From a virus (lineage: Duplodnaviria > Caudoviricetes): a DNA stretch of 44,032 nt. Below the pieces are notes generated by a model that did not search any database, was not told where the DNA came from, and saw nothing but the letters and a program-made list of their open reading frames with translations. Shown here piece after piece: positions 1 to 7,959 of the stretch (position 1 is its first letter; the number at the start of each line of letters is the position of its first letter). Made by a program: the position numbers and the translations under genes. The stretch lies in the IMG/VR virus record IMGVR_UViG_3300020045_004669, positions 1-44,032 of that record. The stretch is one strand, 5' to 3'.

Positions 1-10
1 ACTTAATAAA

Positions 11-688
11 ATGAACATTTACGAAAAAATTCAAGCGGTTACAAATGAGATAAATAACATCTCTAAAGACATGAGTGTAGGAGGGCAATACAAAGCCGTT
101 AGCGACCTAGCTGTTACATTAGCAGTAAACAAGGCAGAGGCTAAGTTTAAATTGATTTCAATCCCTATTAAACAAGAATTGATTAGTTCTGAAATTTACA
201 GAAACATTGATACGCTCGAATATGTTACTGAGAATATGACAAATGGAACTAAGCAGGTAAATAATACTAATGCTGTTAAAACTACCTATGTAGAAACTAT
301 TAAAATGACAGTTCGTTTTATTGATATGGAAGACCCAACTTCATTTATTGATGTTGAAAGTTTCGGACGTGGTTTAGATAGTGGAGACAAAGGATTTGGA
401 AAGGCTTCAACTTATGCACGGAAATACGCTTTATTGAATGCTTATAAAATACCAACAGGTGAAGACCCTGACAAAGATTTAAGCCCAGTTCATAAAGAAA
501 CCGTTATAACTAAACCTATTGAGCCAACACATCCAGTAAAAGTACTACCAGCCGCAATGAGAGAACTGAAGGGCGCAAAAAATGAAGGTGAATTAGTAGC
601 TGCATGGGTTAAATGGAAACAATTTCACACCGAACAAGAGTTTGTGGATGCTAAAATTGAAATGAAAACAAATTTAAATATAAAATAA
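11..688 (+). CDS. ERF-family single-strand annealing protein
   Basis: Motif GRGLDSGDKGFGKASTYARKYALLNAYKIPTGEDPD matches the ERF signature; first gene of a recombination module. Confidence 0.85.
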   Translation: MNIYEKIQAVTNEINNISKDMSVGGQYKAVSDLAVTLAVNKAEAKFKLISIPIKQELISSEIYRNIDTLEYVTENMTNGTKQVNNTNAVKTTYVETIKMTVRFIDMEDPTSFIDVESFGRGLDSGDKGFGKASTYARKYALLNAYKIPTGEDPDKDLSPVHKETVITKPIEPTHPVKVLPAAMRELKGAKNEGELVAAWVKWKQFHTEQEFVDAKIEMKTNLNIK

Positions 689-689
689 A

Positions 690-1019
690 ATGGAAATTAA
701 AGGAAAAATTATCGCAATTTTACCAGTTCAAACTGGACAAGGTAAAAATGGAATGTGGAGAAATCAAGATGCTGTAATCGAAACAGACGGTCAATATCCT
801 AAAAAAATATGCTTCAATTTATGGGGTGATAAAATTGACCAATATCCGATGCAAATAGGGCAAAAAGTAAACGTTTCATTTGACATTGATAGTAAAGAAT
901 ACAATGGGAAATGGTTTACTAAAGTAGTGGCATGGAAAGTTGATGTCGAAGGAGCTACGCAACCAGTACCAACAAAAGGGAATGGAACAATTGATGAAGG
1001 AACGGGGCTACCATTTTAG
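690..1019 (+). CDS. DUF3127-like OB-fold ssDNA-binding protein
   Basis: MEIKGKII...QYPKKICFNLWGDKID pattern; acidic tail ending LPF as in SSBs. Confidence 0.8.
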   Translation: MEIKGKIIAILPVQTGQGKNGMWRNQDAVIETDGQYPKKICFNLWGDKIDQYPMQIGQKVNVSFDIDSKEYNGKWFTKVVAWKVDVEGATQPVPTKGNGTIDEGTGLPF

Positions 1020-1022
1020 GCA

Positions 1023-1439
1023 ATGAAAACATTTAAGTTCAAAAAAACAAAAGAAAATCCAACTATCAATATCGGTAGTTGGATTGAAAACCAAGTCAGG
1101 TTATTAGCTTTTGGAGAATGGGAGTTAACTATTCAAAAACCAAAACGAAATAACGATCAAAACGCATTAATGTGGGCGTGGTTTAATTGCCTGGCAAAAG
1201 ATAGCGGAAATGAAATGCAAGATTTTTACGACCACTATACAAAGAAATTTCTACTAAAAACTATTGAAATTAACGGAGTTCCTGAAAAAGTAGTATCGGG
1301 AACTTCAAAACTTAAAATCAATGACTTTGCAGAATTTCTTACTAAAATACAAGCGGATGCAGCTTCGGAGTTTGGAATCACATTGCCTACTAGAGATGAT
1401 ATTTACTACCAAGAATTTTTAAATCAATACGGAAAATGA
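1023..1439 (+). CDS. NinB/Orf-like recombination protein
   Basis: KRNNDQNALMWAW and TSKLKINDFAEFL...FGITLP motifs. Confidence 0.65.
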   Translation: MKTFKFKKTKENPTINIGSWIENQVRLLAFGEWELTIQKPKRNNDQNALMWAWFNCLAKDSGNEMQDFYDHYTKKFLLKTIEINGVPEKVVSGTSKLKINDFAEFLTKIQADAASEFGITLPTRDDIYYQEFLNQYGK

Positions 1440-1609
1440 AAAACAACTCTAAAATAGAATATGATGGATTGTTAGCTTCTGGAATGTTTTTTGAATTTTA
1501 TCCGAAACTAACAGGAAAATATATTTCAGATAAAAAACAGTGGGATATTGAGTATAAAAAACTTTTAAAAACAAGAAAAGATTATGCCAAACGAACTATT
1601 TCCAACTGA
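1436..1609 (+). CDS. 57-aa hypothetical protein (not in ORF track)
   Basis: ATGA overlap with upstream stop; MKNNSKIEYDGLLASGMFFEFYP...YAKRTISN. Confidence 0.6.
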   Translation: MKNNSKIEYDGLLASGMFFEFYPKLTGKYISDKKQWDIEYKKLLKTRKDYAKRTISN

Positions 1610-1796
1610 AACGAATCGCATACGTGGCAAGTTTGCAACCTCTACGCATACCCGTCTATACAAATCTATGGAAAATGGATTAAAGTCGCAAATTGAGCAT
1701 CTTAGGCGGCAATTAATCGGAGTAGCTACTATGTTACGATTAAAGGATGAACAAATTATTCAACTAAAACAAAAATTAAAAGATGCTAAAATGTAA
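1584..1796 (+). CDS. Coiled-coil hypothetical protein (copy A)
   Basis: Near-identical ORF at 40789-41010. Confidence 0.7.
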   Translation: MPNELFPTETNRIRGKFATSTHTRLYKSMENGLKSQIEHLRRQLIGVATMLRLKDEQIIQLKQKLKDAKM

Positions 1797-2376
1797 ATGT
1801 GGAATAGAATTTGAGCCATTTTCAAGAAATAGCACGATAAAACAGAAAATGTGCATGCAATGCCTTATTAAAAATGGTAATGAAGAGCGTAAGAAATTAG
1901 CTAAAAATCAATGGAAAAAAGAGAAATCAGAAATTAAAGCTAAATTAAAAACTCATTCTGAATGGCTCAATGATTTGCAAAAGGTTTTTAATACCTATAT
2001 CCGTGCGAGGGATTTAAAAAAGCCTTGTATTTCGTGCGATAAACCTTTAATCGGTAAGTTTGATGCTGGGCACTTTTTTTCTGTTGGGGCTTATCCTAAC
2101 ATTAGATTTAATGAAGACAACGTTCACGGGCAATGTGTACACTGTAATCAACATCTACATGGAAACGTAAATGAGTATGTTATTCGTTTGCCTTTCAGAA
2201 TTGGACAAGAACGTTACGACTTATTATTTTTAAGAAGAAATGAATGTGGAAAATTGACCGTATCGGAAATAAAAGAGCTTTTGATTGAGTATAAAAACAA
2301 AACTAAAGTACTTGAATTAAACCGTATTGATTTTTACGAACAAACCGAAAACGATAAACTTTCAAATAAATTTTGA
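1783..2376 (+). CDS. ninG: NinG/Rap-like recombination endonuclease (copy A)
   Basis: FNTYIRARD..PCISC, DAGHF, RFNEDNVHGQCVHCN motifs. Confidence 0.9.
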   Translation: MLKCKCGIEFEPFSRNSTIKQKMCMQCLIKNGNEERKKLAKNQWKKEKSEIKAKLKTHSEWLNDLQKVFNTYIRARDLKKPCISCDKPLIGKFDAGHFFSVGAYPNIRFNEDNVHGQCVHCNQHLHGNVNEYVIRLPFRIGQERYDLLFLRRNECGKLTVSEIKELLIEYKNKTKVLELNRIDFYEQTENDKLSNKF

Positions 2377-2383
2377 AAAGTAG

Positions 2384-2413
2384 TTGTTTATTCAAAAAAT
2401 AGTAGTATCTTTG
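2384..2413 (+). promoter_or_regulatory. Bacteroidota housekeeping-sigma promoter for the replication operon
   Basis: TTG (2384-2386), 19 nt, TATCTTTG (2406-2413); conserved in the second copy (-7 box at 41972-41979). Confidence 0.7.
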
Positions 2414-2477
2414 CATTTATAAAATAAGCGGTTGAAATAGTCCGCTTTTTATTAACTTTAAAAACTTATAAAATATA

Positions 2478-2627
2478 ATGAAAAAGGAAATTAGACAGGA
2501 TTTATATACTCAATCAGAATATGCAAAATTGATTGGAGTATCACAACCAAGGGTGGCGCAAATGATGAAAGAAGGGAAACTTCATGTGGTATTTGTAAAT
2601 GGTGCTGTATTAATTAAAAACATTTGA
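2478..2627 (+). CDS. 49-aa HTH DNA-binding protein, allele A (not in ORF track)
   Basis: MKKEIRQDLYTQSEYAKLIGVSQPRVAQMMKEGKL, excisionase/MerR-like HTH pattern. Confidence 0.75.
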   Translation: MKKEIRQDLYTQSEYAKLIGVSQPRVAQMMKEGKLHVVFVNGAVLIKNI

Positions 2628-2665
2628 TTTTTTCAGCATTTAAAACTTATAAAAAATAACTAATT

Positions 2666-3379
2666 ATGGCAGAAAATAAAAAATCGTTTCTTTTGTACTG
2701 TGATTTAATTCATACAATTGAGCAATTACCTAATGAAAAAGCAGGTGAATTATTTAAGCATATACTTAGATACGTAAATGATATGCATCCAAAAACAGAC
2801 GATTTGATTACTAAAATATCATTTGAACCAATAAAACAGCAGCTTAAAAGAGATTTAATTTCATGGGAAGATAAAATTAAAGATAAAAGTACAAGTGGTA
2901 GATTGGGCAATTTAAAACGCTGGAATATAGACTTATATAATCAAGTATCTGATAAATTAATAAGTTTAGAAGATGCTGAAATTATCGCAAAAAGTCGCAC
3001 AGTATCGCACACCGATAAAAACATGTCGCTTCCTATCGCAAAAGTCGCTGTTAATGATACAGTAAATGTAACAGTTAATGATACTGTAATAAAAGAAAAA
3101 AAGAATAGAGATGTGGCAAAAGCCACCACGCAAAAAAGAATTTCTATTTTTAAAGAATCTTTATTCCCTTACACAAAAACTCAAGGCGGGATTTATTCAG
3201 TCGATATGGTAAAATCATTTTTCGAGTATTGGAGCGAATTAACAAAGAATGGAACTAAAATGAAATGGGAATTTGAAAAAACATTTCAAATATCAGGGCG
3301 ACTTGCAAGGTGGGCAAAGAATGAACATACATTTTCAAAAGAACCAATAAAAAATAACGTTTATAAAACAACTGATTAG
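2666..3379 (+). CDS. Phage replication initiator, allele A (DUF6291-like N-terminus)
   Basis: KKSFLLY...LPNEKAGELFKHIL N-terminus, low-complexity linker, C-terminal FFEYWSE...KTF...RLARW domain; upstream of DnaB. Confidence 0.75.
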   Translation: MAENKKSFLLYCDLIHTIEQLPNEKAGELFKHILRYVNDMHPKTDDLITKISFEPIKQQLKRDLISWEDKIKDKSTSGRLGNLKRWNIDLYNQVSDKLISLEDAEIIAKSRTVSHTDKNMSLPIAKVAVNDTVNVTVNDTVIKEKKNRDVAKATTQKRISIFKESLFPYTKTQGGIYSVDMVKSFFEYWSELTKNGTKMKWEFEKTFQISGRLARWAKNEHTFSKEPIKNNVYKTTD

Positions 3380-3383
3380 GATT

Positions 3384-4172
3384 ATGGAATTAAACAAAAT
3401 TTATTGTGAAAATAACCTCGAAACAATGGCTAAAATGCCTGACAATTTTATTGACTTAACGGTAACTTCTCCGCCATACGATAATTTACGAGATTACAAA
3501 GGGTATTCTTTTCCATTTGAGGAAATTGCAAAAGAACTATTCAGAGTTACGAAAGTTGGTGGAGTTATAGTTTGGATTGTTGGAGATTCAACTGTAAAAG
3601 GTAGCGAAAGTGGAACTTCATTTAAACAGGCTCTCTACTTTATGTCAATCGGATTTAATTTACACGACACAATGATTTATGAGAAAAATTCAAGTGCTTA
3701 TCCTGCTAGCAGAAAAGGAAACCGATACACTCAAATCTTTGAGTATATGTTTGTTTTTAGTAAAGGTTCTCCAAAATGCAATCTGCTCTGTGATAAAGTT
3801 AATAAATGGGCAGGTTTTACTAATTGGGGGAATAATACACAGTACAATTCTGCTGGAGAATTAATAATAACGAATAATATAAAACCTGTTCCTGAATTTT
3901 CACCCCGAAATAATATTTGGAAATTTACAGTTGGTTTTAATGATAAGACGGGACACCCTGCCGTATTCCCCGAACAATTGGCAAACGACCATATATTAAG
4001 TTGGTCAAATGAAAACGATTTGGTTTACGACCCTTTTATGGGTTCTGGAACAACTGCTAAAATGGCAATTTTGAATAACAGAAATTGGATTGGCTCTGAA
4101 ATGTCAGAAGAATATGTAGAATTAGCGAATAAAAGATTATTCCAATATTTAAAACAACAAACATTATTTTGA
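3384..4172 (+). CDS. Beta-class N4-C/N6-A DNA methyltransferase
   Basis: TSPPY catalytic motif, HPAVFP, DPFMGSGTT SAM-binding motif. Confidence 0.92.
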   Translation: MELNKIYCENNLETMAKMPDNFIDLTVTSPPYDNLRDYKGYSFPFEEIAKELFRVTKVGGVIVWIVGDSTVKGSESGTSFKQALYFMSIGFNLHDTMIYEKNSSAYPASRKGNRYTQIFEYMFVFSKGSPKCNLLCDKVNKWAGFTNWGNNTQYNSAGELIITNNIKPVPEFSPRNNIWKFTVGFNDKTGHPAVFPEQLANDHILSWSNENDLVYDPFMGSGTTAKMAILNNRNWIGSEMSEEYVELANKRLFQYLKQQTLF

Positions 4173-4176
4173 AATC

Positions 4177-5628
4177 ATGGCAAAAAAAGAAAATTCAAAC
4201 TATGCAAAAATACCACCTCAAGCATTAGATATTGAAGAAGCCGTATTGGGTGCATTAATGATTGAAAGCGAAGCAATAAATAGAGTTGACCTTAATCCTA
4301 ATGACTTTTACAAAATTGCACACGAACGTATTTTTTTAGCAATTAAAAATTTACATAATCGTCAAAATCCAATTGACAGGCTTACGGTTGTAGAGGAGTT
4401 GACAAAAATGGATGCTTTGGAAGAAGTCGGTGGAGCTTATGCAATTGTAATGCTTGCAATGAAAATGTCAAGTGCCGCAAATTTAGAATATCATTCAATG
4501 ATTATTAAGCAAAAATCAATAGCTAGAAAATTAATTGCTTTGAGTTCCGAAGTGCAAACAATGGCTTATGATTCAGGAACCGATGTTAGTGATATTATTG
4601 AATTTGTTGAAAAAACATTCACTGATATTTCGGTAGGTCAAGAAGAAAGCGAAGTATTTGATATTGAAAATTCATTGAACAGCGTTATCACTTATATTCA
4701 GAATATCGAAAATAACGTCAGAAACGGCATTTCTACGGGTTTAAATACTGGACTGGTAGAATTAAACAAACAATTAAATGGAGGCTTTACATCGCCTGAT
4801 TTGGTTATTGTCGGAGGTCGTCCATCGATGGGAAAAACGCAATTAGCCGTACATTTCGCTAAAAATGCAAGTTCGGATGATAATCATTGTTTATTTTGCT
4901 CTTTAGAAATGACCAAGATACAATTAGTTTTAAGAATGATAACTGAACATGAAGGAATTGATTTCTACAAAATTAAAACTGGTCAATTATCTATACCAGA
5001 ATGGGTGTTGATTGATGAAATGATTGGGAAAATTAGTAAATTGAATTTATTCATTGCAGACGATCCAAATGTTGTTTATCTTAATAACATAAAATCAATT
5101 GCTCGTAAAATGAAACGACAAGGTAAATTAAACTTATTAATTATTGATTATTTGCAACTTGTTGAAACTGGAATGAAATTTGGAACACGAGATTTAGAAG
5201 TTGGTTATATTACTCGTAATCTTAAAAACTTTGCAAAGGAATTAAATATCCCAATTATTTTATTAGCTCAATTAAATAGAAGCGTTAAGGGTTCAGTTCC
5301 AAAAGCTCCAAATTTGGAAGATTTGAGAGAAAGCGGAAACATTGAACAAGATGCAGACATTGTAATTTTTATTCATAGACCGGCATATTATAACCCTGAT
5401 GGATTAGACGAGGATGGTAATAGTTGGAACAATAGAGGGTTATTGATTTTAGCTAAGAATAGAGAGGGTGAAAGAAATGCAAGGGTAGTATTTAAACACG
5501 ATGACCATTTCAAAAAAATATGGGATGATGGTGGGTTTGTTCCATTTAATAATCCACCTAAATTTTTAGTTACAAATACAGAGGCAGATTTTTATGGTGG
5601 GAAGAAAGATGGAGAAACTCCATTTTAA
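4177..5628 (+). CDS. dnaB: Replicative DNA helicase DnaB
   Basis: PPQALDIEEAVLG N-terminus, Walker A GRPSMGKT, IIDYLQL, QLNR, DLRESGNIEQDAD. Confidence 0.95.
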   Translation: MAKKENSNYAKIPPQALDIEEAVLGALMIESEAINRVDLNPNDFYKIAHERIFLAIKNLHNRQNPIDRLTVVEELTKMDALEEVGGAYAIVMLAMKMSSAANLEYHSMIIKQKSIARKLIALSSEVQTMAYDSGTDVSDIIEFVEKTFTDISVGQEESEVFDIENSLNSVITYIQNIENNVRNGISTGLNTGLVELNKQLNGGFTSPDLVIVGGRPSMGKTQLAVHFAKNASSDDNHCLFCSLEMTKIQLVLRMITEHEGIDFYKIKTGQLSIPEWVLIDEMIGKISKLNLFIADDPNVVYLNNIKSIARKMKRQGKLNLLIIDYLQLVETGMKFGTRDLEVGYITRNLKNFAKELNIPIILLAQLNRSVKGSVPKAPNLEDLRESGNIEQDADIVIFIHRPAYYNPDGLDEDGNSWNNRGLLILAKNREGERNARVVFKHDDHFKKIWDDGGFVPFNNPPKFLVTNTEADFYGGKKDGETPF

Positions 5629-5637
5629 TTCAAAAAT

Positions 5638-5692
5638 ATGTTTTACAACACAAAAATCACATAGTTTAAATCAAAAAATAGCAGTTACTTTG
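5638..5692 (+). promoter_or_regulatory. Promoter with upstream palindromic box A
   Basis: ATGTTTTACAACAC (5638-5651), 33 nt, TTACTTTG (5685-5692). Confidence 0.65.
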
Positions 5693-5716
5693 CGTAAACA
5701 AAAACAAGAAAAAAAT

Positions 5717-5995
5717 ATGTACCAACTATCAAAAGATTACCAATTATTATATCAATTAATTCAAAAACAATCAATAGTTTGTTTTGTTGATTATGATTTT
5801 TATAGAAATGGGAAAGACAAGGCTAGAGATATTTGCCAATGTAAAATAACAAAGTCAAAAGATATAACATTTATTTCACGAGGTCATGAATATGGAGGTG
5901 TATCACAATGGGAAATTGAACTTGAAAAAACAACTGAATATGATTTATTTTTAAGTGAGTGTAAATCGTTAAATATAGAATTTATACCATGCTGA
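5717..5995 (+). CDS. Hypothetical protein (start at 5717 preferred over 5594)
   Basis: ATG with an A-rich leader just after the promoter at 5685. Confidence 0.65.
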   Translation: MYQLSKDYQLLYQLIQKQSIVCFVDYDFYRNGKDKARDICQCKITKSKDITFISRGHEYGGVSQWEIELEKTTEYDLFLSECKSLNIEFIPC

Positions 5996-6183
5996 CATTC
6001 AAACTTCTATCGGAGATGAAACATTCCGAGTTCACTTGCGAAACCGTTCAGGAAATGATAGACGAACTTACTAGACTAGAGAAAGAAAACAGCCCACAGA
6101 CTTATATTTGTGTAGAAAAAAGCACAGGAAGGTCAATTGTTGGGGGAGAATTAATGCTTGTAAAAAGAAATAAAAGGATATGA
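5989..6183 (+). CDS. Hypothetical protein
   Basis: ORF overlapping both neighbours in the operon. Confidence 0.6.
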   Translation: MLTFKLLSEMKHSEFTCETVQEMIDELTRLEKENSPQTYICVEKSTGRSIVGGELMLVKRNKRI

Positions 6184-6854
6184 TAAAAATTAGCGAAACA
6201 GAATACTTTTCAAACGATGGTACAATCAGATTCTTAAATATGGATTGCAATGATTTTATGAAAGGTTGCAAAGATAATAAGTTTGATTTGATAATAAATG
6301 ATAGTCCTTATGGTATCTCTGTAAACATGAATGCTGGCAGAAAACAAGATACAAAATCAAAAAAAAGAACCGTAAAAAAGTGGGATAACGAAACACCAAA
6401 CGAGGAGCATTTTTTAGAGTGCTTTCGCATTTCAAAAAATCAAATTTTTTGGGGTGCAAATCATTTAATTGATAAAATAAAAAAGCCTTCATCTGGTTGG
6501 ATATTTTGGGATAAATGTGTTGCTGCAGGTTGCTCTTTTTCGGATGGGGAGTTAGCTTGGACTTCATTTAATCAATCACTTAAAAAAGCGGTTATTGCCT
6601 GGAGTGGATTTATAGGGCAGGAAGGTGAAAAATTCCATCCGACAACAAAACCGATTAAATTATACCGTTGGATACTTCAAAACTACACCAAGCCAACCGA
6701 CACAATACTTGATTGTTTTGGCGGCAGTATGAGTAATTCAATAGCCTGTCACATGGAGCGCAGAAAGCTAACTATAATCGAGTTGGATAAGGATTATTTT
6801 GATAAGGCATTGAACCGTTTTTCAATTTATGAGCAACAAATGAAATTATTCTAA
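6180..6854 (+). CDS. Beta-class DNA methyltransferase with a variant catalytic motif
   Basis: DSPY where DPPY is expected, HPTTKP, DCFGGSMS; paralogous to 42938-43612. Confidence 0.85.
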   Translation: MIKISETEYFSNDGTIRFLNMDCNDFMKGCKDNKFDLIINDSPYGISVNMNAGRKQDTKSKKRTVKKWDNETPNEEHFLECFRISKNQIFWGANHLIDKIKKPSSGWIFWDKCVAAGCSFSDGELAWTSFNQSLKKAVIAWSGFIGQEGEKFHPTTKPIKLYRWILQNYTKPTDTILDCFGGSMSNSIACHMERRKLTIIELDKDYFDKALNRFSIYEQQMKLF

Positions 6855-6855
6855 A

Positions 6856-7010
6856 ATGACTACACCAGCAAAAAAAAAGCTTGTCATTGCAAACATTGCA
6901 AGGCTAGTAAAGCGAACAAAAGCACTAAGCTAAAGAGAATTATTAAACGATATTTAAACAAACAACGCAGGACAAAAACAGACTGCTATAAAACATTTTA
7001 TTGGGCATGA
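6856..7010 (+). other. Small frameshifted ORF (Cys/His motif in the -1 frame)
   Basis: ATG 6856, A9G tract at 6870-6879; -1 frame reads ACHCKHCK... and ends in an ATGA overlap with the next gene. Confidence 0.45.
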
Positions 7011-7282
7011 CAACAAAAGAAATAACACAGCGAAACTATATCGCAACGGTAAGGCGTGGACAAATTACAGCCGAAACAACAGCAAAACAATTCATTCAAA
7101 AGCTACAAGAAGAGCTAAAAGAGCTTATTGATTCACTTTCTGATGATGTAACAGCTCCATTCGATATTAAAGAACTTGCGGATATTAGCTTAGTTTGCGA
7201 CAGAGCTATGGGCATGGTTATTCTCCTGCCCATAGTAAGTATTATGTTTTCGTGCTTTATTATCTTTAAATCAATTATTTAA
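7007..7282 (+). CDS. MazG-like NTP pyrophosphohydrolase fragment, C-terminus probably replaced
   Basis: KLQEELKEL...KELADI resembles the MazG EE..E / E..D motif; the tail runs through an attC-like hairpin. Confidence 0.45.
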   Translation: MTTKEITQRNYIATVRRGQITAETTAKQFIQKLQEELKELIDSLSDDVTAPFDIKELADISLVCDRAMGMVILLPIVSIMFSCFIIFKSII

Positions 7283-7301
7283 ACAATTAAAATACAATCA
7301 A

Positions 7302-7589
7302 ATGGAAGTAAATTTCAACAATCTTAGAAAAAAAACTTGTGTTGCTTTTGACAGGCTTACAAGTAAATTAAATAACGAGTTAAAAAGTTATGAAAAAGAA
7401 TATGGCGACAAAGGATTTATATTAATTCATGTTGACGATATTCAAAAGGAAATGGACGAATTAAAGCAGCTTATTGGCTCGATTGCGATGTGCTATAATC
7501 CGAATGACGAAGATATGAAGGATGTCTTTGAAGAATTATATCCCGATGATAAATCAATGTTTGACTTTAATCCCGATGCTGATGAGTAG
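7302..7589 (+). CDS. Hypothetical acidic protein in cassette 1
   Basis: 95-aa ORF bounded by complementary cassette ends. Confidence 0.7.
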   Translation: MEVNFNNLRKKTCVAFDRLTSKLNNELKSYEKEYGDKGFILIHVDDIQKEMDELKQLIGSIAMCYNPNDEDMKDVFEELYPDDKSMFDFNPDADE

Positions 7590-7610
7590 TGCGATTTTTC
7601 TTAGCATGAA

Positions 7611-7743
7611 ACATAACGTCCGAGTGTATGCTTTGTAGCGGATTGCGGAGCGCAGATTTGTCGACAGACAAATCAAGCCGCAAGCGGGCGAAAAAGCTAT
7701 ACTAACGCACAAATAGGCTATAGAGCATACACGTGTGTTGGCC
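7611..7743 (+). mobile_element. attC-like recombination site
   Basis: ACATAAC ... GTTGGCC ends, 16-bp imperfect inverted repeat 7624-7639/7717-7732, nested inner hairpins; 133 bp; GC-richer than its surroundings. Confidence 0.6.
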
Positions 7744-7785
7744 GTTCGTTGTTTTCTTGATTATTAACTTTGAACAATAAATATC

Positions 7786-7959
7786 ATGGATTTAGTATTT
7801 GTAAATGATTGCGCCGTTGACGGATGTGGTAAAAAGAACATGGGAAAAGGCAAACAAATGTGTAAAGAACATCAAGCCAAATATGAAGCTGGTGAAAAAC
7901 TAACGGCTTTTTATGGTAAAACTGTACAGAAAAAAAAATTTCAAAATAAAAAATTATGA
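7786..7959 (+). CDS. 57-aa putative Zn-binding protein in cassette 2 (not in ORF track)
   Basis: CAVDGC...MCKEH; ATGA overlap with the next ORF. Confidence 0.6.
   Translation: MDLVFVNDCAVDGCGKKNMGKGKQMCKEHQAKYEAGEKLTAFYGKTVQKKKFQNKKL

Noticed and set aside
2710-3129. Minus-strand ORFs 2710-2910 and 2941-3129, and similar antisense or nested ORFs (e.g. 3679, 6071, 6256, 11424, 13036-13635, 15561, 31232, 39277, 42466)
   Set aside because: They lie within or opposite well-supported genes and lack motifs or initiation context; treated as shadow ORFs.
1583-4597. Diversity-generating retroelement template/variable repeat pair
   Set aside because: Differences between copies are mostly synonymous and not adenine-specific, the repeats cover core genes, and no reverse transcriptase is present.
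5594-5716. N-terminal extension of ORF 5594-5995
   Set aside because: It overlaps the DnaB end and spans box A and the promoter; ATG 5717 fits better.
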